From positions 25,905 through 89,904 of the IMG/VR virus record IMGVR_UViG_3300028559_000015: a stretch of 64,000 bases of DNA, one strand, 5' to 3'. Origin of the DNA: a virus. A program made the translations under genes and the position numbers. Below, one piece after another: positions 38,611 to 46,850 of this stretch; position 1 is the stretch's first letter, and the number at the start of each line of letters is the position of its first letter. The notes beneath the pieces were generated by a model. It was not told where the DNA came from. It was given only the letters and a program-made list of their open reading frames with translations, and ran no database searches.

Positions 38611-39006
38611 ATGGATCTGCTTGCTGTCGGACAGACGGTTACTATCAAGGTTGAAAACGTTATGTGGCCTGCTCGGGACCTCCACGCTAATGGTGTTGTT
38701 GGTCCCGAGTTCAATATCTATACCGGCACGATAGTGCGTGAGAAATGGTTTGATGCTGATGAGATCGGCATCACCACCGAAAATCCTAAGTTTCCGTTTC
38801 GTCGCATTCAGCGCCAGAGGATTGTAGCAGTTAACGAGCAGGCTGTCGATTACACTCCGATCAAGTCTGCTCGGGTTGAAATCACTGTGCAAGGTTCTAA
38901 GGGCAACACTTATATTGTCACTAAGGAGAACGGCAAGGCCACTTGTTCGTGTTCTGGTTTCCAGTTTCGCAGGACTTGCAAGCACAGTCAAGCAGTGCTA
39001 GTGTAA
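38611..39006 (+). CDS. SWIM zinc-finger protein
   Basis: GSKGNTY.V...CSCSGFQFRRTCKH; promoter at 38552. Confidence 0.8.
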   Translation: MDLLAVGQTVTIKVENVMWPARDLHANGVVGPEFNIYTGTIVREKWFDADEIGITTENPKFPFRRIQRQRIVAVNEQAVDYTPIKSARVEITVQGSKGNTYIVTKENGKATCSCSGFQFRRTCKHSQAVLV

Positions 39007-39007
39007 G

Positions 39008-39217
39008 ATGAATGCAGCTAAAGAAAACACATTTAGGGCCTTGCGTGATGAGGAGTTGCTTGTGACCAGTTTTTTGTGTAGATTTAATTGGCACACCTGG
39101 ACCAAATATCGTGAACCCGAAATTATTCGTGATAGTACCTTTAAGCCGGTAACTATTCAAGAACGCAGATGTGGGTCTTGCAACCTCTCCAATCGTAAAA
39201 TCTTAAGTAAGGATTAA
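39008..39217 (+). CDS. Small Cys/His protein
   Basis: LCRFNWHTW...QERRCGSC. Confidence 0.65.
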   Translation: MNAAKENTFRALRDEELLVTSFLCRFNWHTWTKYREPEIIRDSTFKPVTIQERRCGSCNLSNRKILSKD

Positions 39218-39220
39218 GCA

Positions 39221-39586
39221 GTGTCAATGCACTTAGCACCTGTGTTCGTGAGTACGATCAATCAGGGTAAGATCAAAAAGAAACTCACTGCACCCCAGCA
39301 ACGAGCATTGGCCGAACACCAGGTCTGGCTACGCAAGCGAGGGCTTCATATCGAGCAAATTAATGCGAGGAAGCCTAAAAAGCGTGTCACAGAAGAAAGC
39401 ACCTTTACCTACGAGTCTCGCTGCGCTGTTCCTACTTCAAACACAGTAGGCAATGGGTTCAAGAAGGAAGAAAACAAGTACACAGGCACCTTGATTAAAG
39501 GAGTGGCCACGATGCACAAGAGCAATTGTGTTCCTGTCATTGACAAAAAACAAATGGAAGAAATCTCTCGGATGCGCCGAGGCTAG
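39221..39586 (+). CDS. Hypothetical protein
   Basis: YTG...MHKSNCVPV...MRR. Confidence 0.75.
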   Translation: MSMHLAPVFVSTINQGKIKKKLTAPQQRALAEHQVWLRKRGLHIEQINARKPKKRVTEESTFTYESRCAVPTSNTVGNGFKKEENKYTGTLIKGVATMHKSNCVPVIDKKQMEEISRMRRG

Positions 39587-39600
39587 ACTAAGAGGTAATT

Positions 39601-40098
39601 ATGCGTAAAGAACTTGATGAATTGCTGTGTGAGAAGTATCCTAAGATTTTCAGGGACCGAAACGCACCCATGAATCAAACCTGCATGTGCTGGGGATTCG
39701 ATTGCGGTGATGGTTGGTTCAACATCATTGATGCTCTGTGTGATAATATCCAAAGCCATATTGACGATATTGAGCGGCGGCGAGTTTCCACTATTAAATG
39801 GAATGAAAACCTGAATGATCCTGATTTTGAGTGGTCGGCGTACTATGCCTCGGAGTTTGTTGAACGAGAAGAACGTCCTGTTCCGGAACTGCTTGATCAG
39901 GTTGTTGCTATCCAGGTAAAAGAAAAGTTTGGTACACTGCGTTTCTACTACAACGGCGGCGACGATTACATCGATGGTCTAGTGAGTATGGCAGAGTCAA
40001 TGTCTGCCGTCACCTGTGAGGTGTGCGGTAATCCGGGTACTAGTACTGACGGCGGTTGGATTCGTACTCTGTGCGAAGAACATAAAAAGGAAGAATAA
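39601..40098 (+). CDS. Hypothetical zinc-finger protein
   Basis: CGDGW, QVKEKFGTLRFY, TCEVCG, TLCEEH. Confidence 0.8.
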   Translation: MRKELDELLCEKYPKIFRDRNAPMNQTCMCWGFDCGDGWFNIIDALCDNIQSHIDDIERRRVSTIKWNENLNDPDFEWSAYYASEFVEREERPVPELLDQVVAIQVKEKFGTLRFYYNGGDDYIDGLVSMAESMSAVTCEVCGNPGTSTDGGWIRTLCEEHKKEE

Positions 40099-40110
40099 TG
40101 AAGGCGAGGA

Positions 40111-40953
40111 TTAATCCACATACCTTGCAGAATAACCGTAGATTTTAGGATGTTCAGAAACCTTTCCGGAACGCAATGCACCATATATTAAGTGGAACGA
40201 TAATTCTAGCTCTTTGCAGGTATCCCTAAGATTTCCATAGCATTCTATTTCATTTCCTAAAGGGTCAACAATTATAATTCTTTTTGCTCTAGGATTGTTT
40301 TTTCCGGAGTGAGCTTTTCCTTTTAGTTGCATAGATCGTTTCTGTTTTAGTTCTGTTGCCTTTTCTATACCGTAAAGCTCATCATATGATTTGCCCTTAA
40401 ACCTAGTAGAAGCAACACTTGCTTGAGTTTCCTTCAATTCATCCGAATGAGTCTTACCGAACATACCGTTTTTGCTTCCTGGATTGGATTTTTTAGGGTT
40501 TGAGCCGCGTAACTTAGCTTTAACTGTTTCGGTCAACGGGCCTCTAACCTTTCCTTTATTGCTGCGGCCGCCCTTCTTGTATATCTCATCAGTGAGCTCC
40601 AATCCTTTATTCCATGCCTGGCCACCGTAACGGACACACGCATACGATCGGTTGATATACAGAGGATTCCTAATCACTTGTAATGTTCGCTGTATACAGT
40701 CCTCTTTGTCATATGCTTCTTGGCGAGTAGAAAAAGATGCTATGATAATACTACTAAACAACTGCGGATTGAGTTTTAGTTCGGATAGCCAAATATTCTT
40801 ATATTCTTTGCTAGTAACTGATCCACGGTAGCCGCGGGCTACTTTGCGGACGCTGCTAGAACCTATGTAGAACGGGGGAAGCTTATTTCCTCGGTATATT
40901 GTTAGGTACACACAATAAAGTGTTCGGTTGGCTTCGGAAGTGTAAATAGTCAT
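40111..40953 (-). mobile_element. GIY-YIG homing endonuclease with NUMOD3 repeats
   Basis: YCVY...FYIGSS...YRGS...YINR; NGMFGKTHSDE. Confidence 0.82.
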
Positions 40954-40954
40954 T

Positions 40955-41022
40955 GCTGATACTCCTTAACAGTGTTAGAGGGGATGGGCATTGCGAGTGC
41001 CGCGATCCTCACTTTTATTTAT
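40955..41022. ncRNA. Conserved two-hairpin element, copy B
   Basis: Second stem changed to GGGGAT/ATCCTC (compensatory). Confidence 0.72.
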
Positions 41023-41103
41023 CTTTTTCCTTGACAATGTTTCTGTTATCGTGTATAAGAAATATACAGTCAAATACTGTATTAAAAGAAGGTATTTCAG
41101 AAC

Positions 41104-41988
41104 ATGCTCCTAGCCCTGGCCAGTGATTTGCACCTCGAATTTTCACCCATCGCCCTTCCTAACACTGAGGGTGCGAAGGTCCTTATTCTGTCCGGTGATA
41201 TCTGTGTTGCCCATTCGCTGCATGATCATCCCATCGACAAGCCTGTGCCTAAAGACGCCATGAAGCCTGGACGTAACCAAAGTGCTGCATATAAGTACCG
41301 TGAGTTCTTCCATCATGTCAATCAAGAATATGATCATGTGGTATACGTCAGCGGCAACCACGAGTTCTACCATGGTCGGTTCCCCGATGCGTATGATTGG
41401 CTGCGTGAGGAAATCAAGAACTATCCTAATATCCACTTCCTTGATAAAGAGCATGTTGAGATTGATGGTGTAACCTTCGTAGGTGGCACCCTCTGGACGG
41501 ATATGAACAAGAATGATCCTACTACTATGCAAGTCGTTAAGGGCATGATGAATGACTTTAGAATCATTCGTAACAGTCAGCGCAACTATGCTAGGTTCAC
41601 TCCACTTGACTCTGTAGTCCATCATAAAGAGACTGTAGAGTACATTAAGAATGTAGTTGACAGTGACCCCGTGAAGAAGTACGTTGTAGTTGGACATCAC
41701 GCTCCTACGTCCTTGAGTATCCATGAAAAGTACAAGAAAGATGTATGGATGAACGGCGGATACTTCAGTGATCTGTCTGAGTTTATCCTAGATCGCCCCC
41801 AGATCGCACTTTGGACTATGGGACACATGCACCACCCGCATAGCTACTATATGGGTGATACATTTGTTGCTTGTAACCCTCGCGGATATGCCGGACACGA
41901 CCCGGACGCTGCTAACTTCAAGTTGCGCTATATTGATTTAGACAACATGCCTGCTAAGTTTGAAGGGGTTAACTGGTCAAGAGATTAA
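41104..41988 (+). CDS. Metallophosphoesterase (intact motifs)
   Basis: SDLH, GDI, GNHE, GHHAP, GHMH, NPRGY. Confidence 0.9.
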   Translation: MLLALASDLHLEFSPIALPNTEGAKVLILSGDICVAHSLHDHPIDKPVPKDAMKPGRNQSAAYKYREFFHHVNQEYDHVVYVSGNHEFYHGRFPDAYDWLREEIKNYPNIHFLDKEHVEIDGVTFVGGTLWTDMNKNDPTTMQVVKGMMNDFRIIRNSQRNYARFTPLDSVVHHKETVEYIKNVVDSDPVKKYVVVGHHAPTSLSIHEKYKKDVWMNGGYFSDLSEFILDRPQIALWTMGHMHHPHSYYMGDTFVACNPRGYAGHDPDAANFKLRYIDLDNMPAKFEGVNWSRD

Positions 41989-42644
41989 AGTCTGCCTCGG
42001 GCCCATTCAGGTCCGGGGCAGTTTCTTGCCATAGTAGATTTGATACCATTGTTCCACCATTTTGTTCCGGAGGTTTGTAAGTTAGGTTTACCTTTCTTAA
42101 CGGAAGGTAGCCTTCCCTTACTGTATCCTTCCGGGACGATGCCGTGTATCATCATTTCGTGAGTATCGTTGTTGACCCAAATCTTTCCTCGCTGTCTATC
42201 GGTGCCGATTCTTGCACCTACATTATTAAATGATAGTCGGCCGGGGATAAAGGCTTCATCAGGAGGTGTCTCTGCAAACACTTGCTTCTCTCCATTATTC
42301 CACCATTTTCGGAGTTTGTTCATTTCAGAAAGGTTAGGCAGCCATTTTAGATAGTTTGCCGTTTTACTCGTATCACCGCCATCACCTGTCTCCGGTCTTA
42401 GATTAGCCCAATCATCACTCTCTACGATGTTCCATAGCTCACTGTAGTATGAACCCCAGTATTCCATTTCTTCTTTAGTTGCACATTCTTTAATGATTTC
42501 CGTATCTAAATCAATTCCGTGTTTTTTGATATGAGGTATCCATCTGTCTCCGGAACCGCAATAGGTATATGGGTCCTTTTCGGTCTTTCCCAGATATTGT
42601 AAGCCGGTTTTCTTATGGGTCTTTTTGTACAAATAAATAGTCAT
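41985..42644 (-). mobile_element. GIY-YIG homing endonuclease with three WxNNG repeats
   Basis: TIYLYKKTH..TGLQYLGKT...YCGSG...WANL; stop overlaps the neighbour's stop (TTAA). Confidence 0.82.
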
Positions 42645-42712
42645 GCTGATTGCTCCTTCTAGCATTAGAGTAGTTGGGATTGTCCAGATCCGCGAACTAC
42701 ACTTTTATTTAT
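42645..42712. ncRNA. Conserved two-hairpin element, copy C
   Basis: GCTGATTGCT..AGCATTAGA-GTAGTT..AACTAC-ACTTTTATTTAT. Confidence 0.75.
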
Positions 42713-42892
42713 GCTATTCTCATTGACATTACACCTATCTTCTCTTATAAAGAACTACGTCAGCTTAAGTTCCTTGACATTTAGTTACCCGTTTTACTTG
42801 TGTAAACCGTTGAATGGTTGTATTATGATAACACGCTGTAATAGAGCCGAAGCCAGCAGTGAGAACTTTTAGAACAAGAAAATAGAACCAAA

Positions 42893-43426
42893 ATGAAGGC
42901 AAGTCTCGGACGCTATCTTCGTACAAAAGAACGGAAGATAGATATTCAAATTGACAAGTTTGATACGTGGTCGCTAGACCACACCTTGGCTTTGATAATT
43001 TTGCCGGCCCTCATTCAACTAAAACAGACTAAGACCGGAACTCCTGGAAGTTTTGTGAATGATAGCGCAGAAGATTATCATGATCAAGCTACATTTGACT
43101 TCATGAAAGAAGATAAGGATGAAGTCTTCCAAAAAGGATGCGATGAATGGGACGACACGCTTGACAAGATGATTTGGGCTTTTCAGCAGATTGCATTGGG
43201 TGACTATGATAGCAAGTATCATCACGGTGAGATAGATATCGCTTGGGAGAAGACAGACAAGCAGTATCCAAATCCTACAACAGGAAAGATGGAAAGCACC
43301 TACCAGATGGTTGACAAAAATCCCGGTGATCATTGGTATGATTCCGTTGGACATCAACTGCATGAGGAACGAATCCAAGAAGGTTTAGAACTGTTCGGCA
43401 AACATTTCCGCTCACTTTGGGATTAG
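42893..43426 (+). CDS. Hypothetical protein
   Basis: DTWSLDHTLA...LDKMIWAF...GLELFGKHFRSLWD. Confidence 0.8.
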   Translation: MKASLGRYLRTKERKIDIQIDKFDTWSLDHTLALIILPALIQLKQTKTGTPGSFVNDSAEDYHDQATFDFMKEDKDEVFQKGCDEWDDTLDKMIWAFQQIALGDYDSKYHHGEIDIAWEKTDKQYPNPTTGKMESTYQMVDKNPGDHWYDSVGHQLHEERIQEGLELFGKHFRSLWD

Positions 43427-43451
43427 GTTATCTTTAACCCCATAAAGCATA

Positions 43452-43976
43452 ATGAAAGATTTAAAAATGAAGCACAAATACATATCCCTTTATATGGATA
43501 TCGCCGAAAGAATAAGCCAAATGTCACACGCCAAACGCCTTCAAGTTGGCAGCGTGATAGTAAAAGAAAACACTATTCTGTCCTATGGTTGGAATGGCAT
43601 GCCTGCGGGATGGCCGAACACATGTGAATACAAGGAATATAAGAAACCGCATTGGATTGGAATTGATCCAATGACGCTCACTCCCTTTGATGAATTATAT
43701 CCGTTAGAAGACGAGGAGGGTAGATATAGATGGGTCACAAAACCCGAAACACTTCACTCCGAAATGAATGCCCTAATGAAAGTGGCGCAATCTACTGAGT
43801 CTTCGTCGGGAGCAACATTGTTTTGCACCCATGCCCCGTGCATCGATTGTGCAAAAGCGATCTTTCAAGCCGGTATCTCTAATCTGTACTACCGAGAAGA
43901 ATACCGCTCAACATCGGGAACACAGTTTTTGAAGATATCGGGAGTAAATGTCCATAGATATTCCGACCTCCCATAA
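43452..43976 (+). CDS. dCMP deaminase
   Basis: QVGSVIV, GWNG, HSEMNAL, PCIDCAK. Confidence 0.9.
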   Translation: MKDLKMKHKYISLYMDIAERISQMSHAKRLQVGSVIVKENTILSYGWNGMPAGWPNTCEYKEYKKPHWIGIDPMTLTPFDELYPLEDEEGRYRWVTKPETLHSEMNALMKVAQSTESSSGATLFCTHAPCIDCAKAIFQAGISNLYYREEYRSTSGTQFLKISGVNVHRYSDLP

Positions 43977-44163
43977 AGCTAACATAACAATAGAGTTTGG
44001 TCAGCTACAAACAATCGTAGACTGGTGTGAACGCAATTGTGTTTCTGAATTTTGGTATTCCGGAGAACACGAACGCTGGGATGGTGATACATTGTATTAT
44101 GGATATGAGTTTTACTTCGTGTCCGAGAAAGACTATTTTGCATTTATGATTTGGAAAACGTAA
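43948..44163 (+). CDS. Hypothetical protein
   Basis: GGGAG RBS; overlapping operon. Confidence 0.65.
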   Translation: MSIDIPTSHKANITIEFGQLQTIVDWCERNCVSEFWYSGEHERWDGDTLYYGYEFYFVSEKDYFAFMIWKT

Positions 44164-44432
44164 TGAAGTTCTATGTGTTCAAGAGAGAATCTAATAAGTT
44201 TGATGATATTCTCAAAGATGTAGCAGTAAAGCCGATTATCAGATACAAGATTAGATACAAGGACCATTTGATACTCGGATTTTCCAATGACGATGAAAAG
44301 ATCATGTCATACATGACTCTCAAGTACGGTGATGACATGATCTCTTTCAATGACATTGCGCCCGATAGAACTCCTATCATGGGCAAAGATTATACACCTG
44401 TTCGCAGAGACAAAAAGGTTGTTAGGTCTTAG
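44163..44432 (+). CDS. Hypothetical protein
   Basis: TAATG coupling. Confidence 0.6.
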   Translation: MKFYVFKRESNKFDDILKDVAVKPIIRYKIRYKDHLILGFSNDDEKIMSYMTLKYGDDMISFNDIAPDRTPIMGKDYTPVRRDKKVVRS

Positions 44433-45048
44433 TAAGACCTAACATTACAGCGTACTTTTTAGTTTTGTCTTTGCGGTCATCAAGTCCGTGAGTACCTCCA
44501 TTGATGCGTTTTGTTAATGCAAGAATAGTAGCATCGTCTACACCTTTGTCGCATATAGCCCATAGCTTGTTTGTTTCAAAGAAGAACATTGCGCTCTCGA
44601 AAGAATACTTGGTTGCGACGATATCAGGATTGGTCATTACCTCTGGATCACCGATGTGCTTTGAGAATGCTAGGTAGTTATCTTTACCAGTCAACTGAAT
44701 AGCTCCGCGACCACGGTATTTCCATCCGTCACCACTCTTTTCGTCACCGTTGCCCATGCGACTTGCATAAACACGATTAGCAATCATTTCTGGTTTGCGT
44801 TCATACTTTGCAGCAGTAGCAGCATCAGGGAAATACTTCTTAAAAGTGCCTTGTAGACCCTTAGCACCATAGTTAAGATTTTCGTTGAATGCTTTGAACT
44901 CACCGCTCTCATGGGCACATTGTGCAAAGAAGTGTGCTGCACGAATCGGCGTCATCTTATAATGAGCTACGGCAGCTTTTAGTGTGCCTGGACCAAATGC
45001 TCCATCAGCGGTAACACCTACTTTTTCTTGAAGATGTATCAAACTCAT
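44422..45048 (-). CDS. GH19 endolysin with peptidoglycan-binding N-terminus
   Basis: ADGAFGPGT, AQCAHES, ENLNY, YRGRGAIQLTG, INGG. Confidence 0.92.
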   Translation of the reverse strand: MSLIHLQEKVGVTADGAFGPGTLKAAVAHYKMTPIRAAHFFAQCAHESGEFKAFNENLNYGAKGLQGTFKKYFPDAATAAKYERKPEMIANRVYASRMGNGDEKSGDGWKYRGRGAIQLTGKDNYLAFSKHIGDPEVMTNPDIVATKYSFESAMFFFETNKLWAICDKGVDDATILALTKRINGGTHGLDDRKDKTKKYAVMLGLTKT

Positions 45049-45058
45049 TTAACTCTCC

Positions 45059-45559
45059 TTAGAATGTTTTCCATTCGTCTTTTGGATCAAAATCATTAGT
45101 TGGCAAGTACTTAGTTGACTTACCGTCTTTCTTTGCGATCAACTTCTGCTTGCGGTTACCGCCTTCTTTCTTGATAGAAGCATGTACCCAACCTGAGTTC
45201 TTGTCACCTTCGACATAGAATTCCAAAATTATTTGGTCAAACTCTAGGTTATCAGCAATCCAGTCTGCTACAATTTTGTTTGAAATACCGTTGATTTCAA
45301 AGTCAATAGCTTGACCATTAACGTGCTGACTGGTCTTTGAGCCGCCTACAGCAGCATTAACCTTCGGTGCACGATATGATGAGTTGATTGTTATCGGCTT
45401 ACCAAAGTGCTTACGTACTGGCTCAAGAATTTTCTCACAGCAATAACGCATGTTTTCAATATGCTCTGGTGTAGGAGTATTTGATAAACCTAAACGTTTA
45501 GCGGTAGGTGATACAATCATTTCTTCTAATGTAAAGTTTTCTGTTAATTTTGTTGGCAT
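45059..45559 (-). CDS. Peptidase M15 endolysin
   Basis: INSSYR, SQHVNGQAID, WVH. Confidence 0.9.
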   Translation of the reverse strand: MPTKLTENFTLEEMIVSPTAKRLGLSNTPTPEHIENMRYCCEKILEPVRKHFGKPITINSSYRAPKVNAAVGGSKTSQHVNGQAIDFEINGISNKIVADWIADNLEFDQIILEFYVEGDKNSGWVHASIKKEGGNRKQKLIAKKDGKSTKYLPTNDFDPKDEWKTF

Positions 45560-45611
45560 TCACTTGCTCTCTCTTCCAGTAAATGTATTTATGCAAAAGG
45601 GCTTGACTTTA

Positions 45612-46175
45612 CTATCTATATGTCTTTGGTAGCATTCCCGAGACCCATTCGTCCCCGATTGGTTTCTCTTTTCGGTTAACTGCAATAGAACCATTATTAT
45701 ACCAACGGTTTCCGGCTGTAGTAGGTTTTTGATTGATTCTTCCAGGCACCCAGCCTGCAGGACACGATGTTAGAAACTTACTAGTGACGCCGTTATGATA
45801 CCATCTTCTTGCGGCATTTGTTTTTGCTCGGCGAAGACTTGAGGCTTTTTTTACTTCATCCGTATGTTTTTTGCCAAACATCGGGTTGTTCTTGCCCACT
45901 CCCCCTCCGGTCCCTTCTTCTTCTCTTAAGTTAGCCCATTCCGGACTGTCAACAATGTCCCACATTCTACTATAATGTAGTCCCCAATATCTGGCTTCTT
46001 CCTTAGTAGAGCATTCTTTTATGATTTCCGTAGTCACATCATATCCATGTTTTTTGATGTGAGGTTTCCATAAGGTTCCTGATCCTTGGTATCTATGCGG
46101 ATTTGTGGATTCGGTTTTTCCGAGGTATTTGAACCCGGTTTTGTTGTGGGTCTTCTTATACAAATAAATAGTCAT
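45612..46175 (-). mobile_element. GIY-YIG homing endonuclease with NUMOD3 and two WxNNG repeats
   Basis: Close paralog of 41985-42644 in the nuclease domain; flanked by an imperfect ~38-bp direct repeat. Confidence 0.85.
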
Positions 46176-46176
46176 A

Positions 46177-46242
46177 GCTGACGGTCTCCAAGGCGTTAGA
46201 GTAGTTGGGGATTCCCGTCCCGCGAACTACACTTTTATTTAT
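46177..46242. ncRNA. Conserved two-hairpin element, copy D
   Basis: GCTGACGGTCT..AGGCGTTAGA-GTAGTT..AACTAC-ACTTTTATTTAT. Confidence 0.75.
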
Positions 46243-46288
46243 GCCATAATGATTGACTTTAACTATCTGTATGTGCTATGTGTAGAAT

Positions 46289-46831
46289 ATGAAAAAAACA
46301 TACCTCTTTAAAAATAATAACTCAAGTAAGCCGATTGTATACGTGGATCTTGACGGCGTATTAGCTGACCTCTATAACCATGCCGCTGAAATTCACAATG
46401 TTGAACATTACAACGAAATGACGAGAGATGAATGGGAGACATTCTTCAAAGATAGCAACGCACATCATCTTTTTCGTGACATTCCCCCTTTCGTTACTGC
46501 AAATCAACTGCTCAATCTTGCAAAGAAGTATGCCGGCGGATATCGTATTCTTAGCAGCCCATTGAACTTTGACCGCGAAGGTAGCATCAAGGGCAAGCGT
46601 GAATGGCTTGCAAAACATATCAATGTTCCTGCTGATGAGATTATCTTTGAACATGAAAAATACAAGTACGCTGTGCAGCCCGACGGTACTCCTAACGTAT
46701 TGATTGATGATTATGGCGTGAACACTCGTGCATGGGATAACGCAGGAGGCATCGCTTGCAAATATCAGGCTGACGAGAATGACCTTAGTGTGGTAGAGGA
46801 TGTTCTAAAAGAAACATTCGGGGATAAATAG
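46289..46831 (+). CDS. HAD 5'(3')-deoxyribonucleotidase
   Basis: YVDLDGVLAD, ILSSP, GKREWL, LIDD. Confidence 0.88.
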   Translation: MKKTYLFKNNNSSKPIVYVDLDGVLADLYNHAAEIHNVEHYNEMTRDEWETFFKDSNAHHLFRDIPPFVTANQLLNLAKKYAGGYRILSSPLNFDREGSIKGKREWLAKHINVPADEIIFEHEKYKYAVQPDGTPNVLIDDYGVNTRAWDNAGGIACKYQADENDLSVVEDVLKETFGDK

Positions 46832-46850
46832 TATTATACATTCGGAGAGC

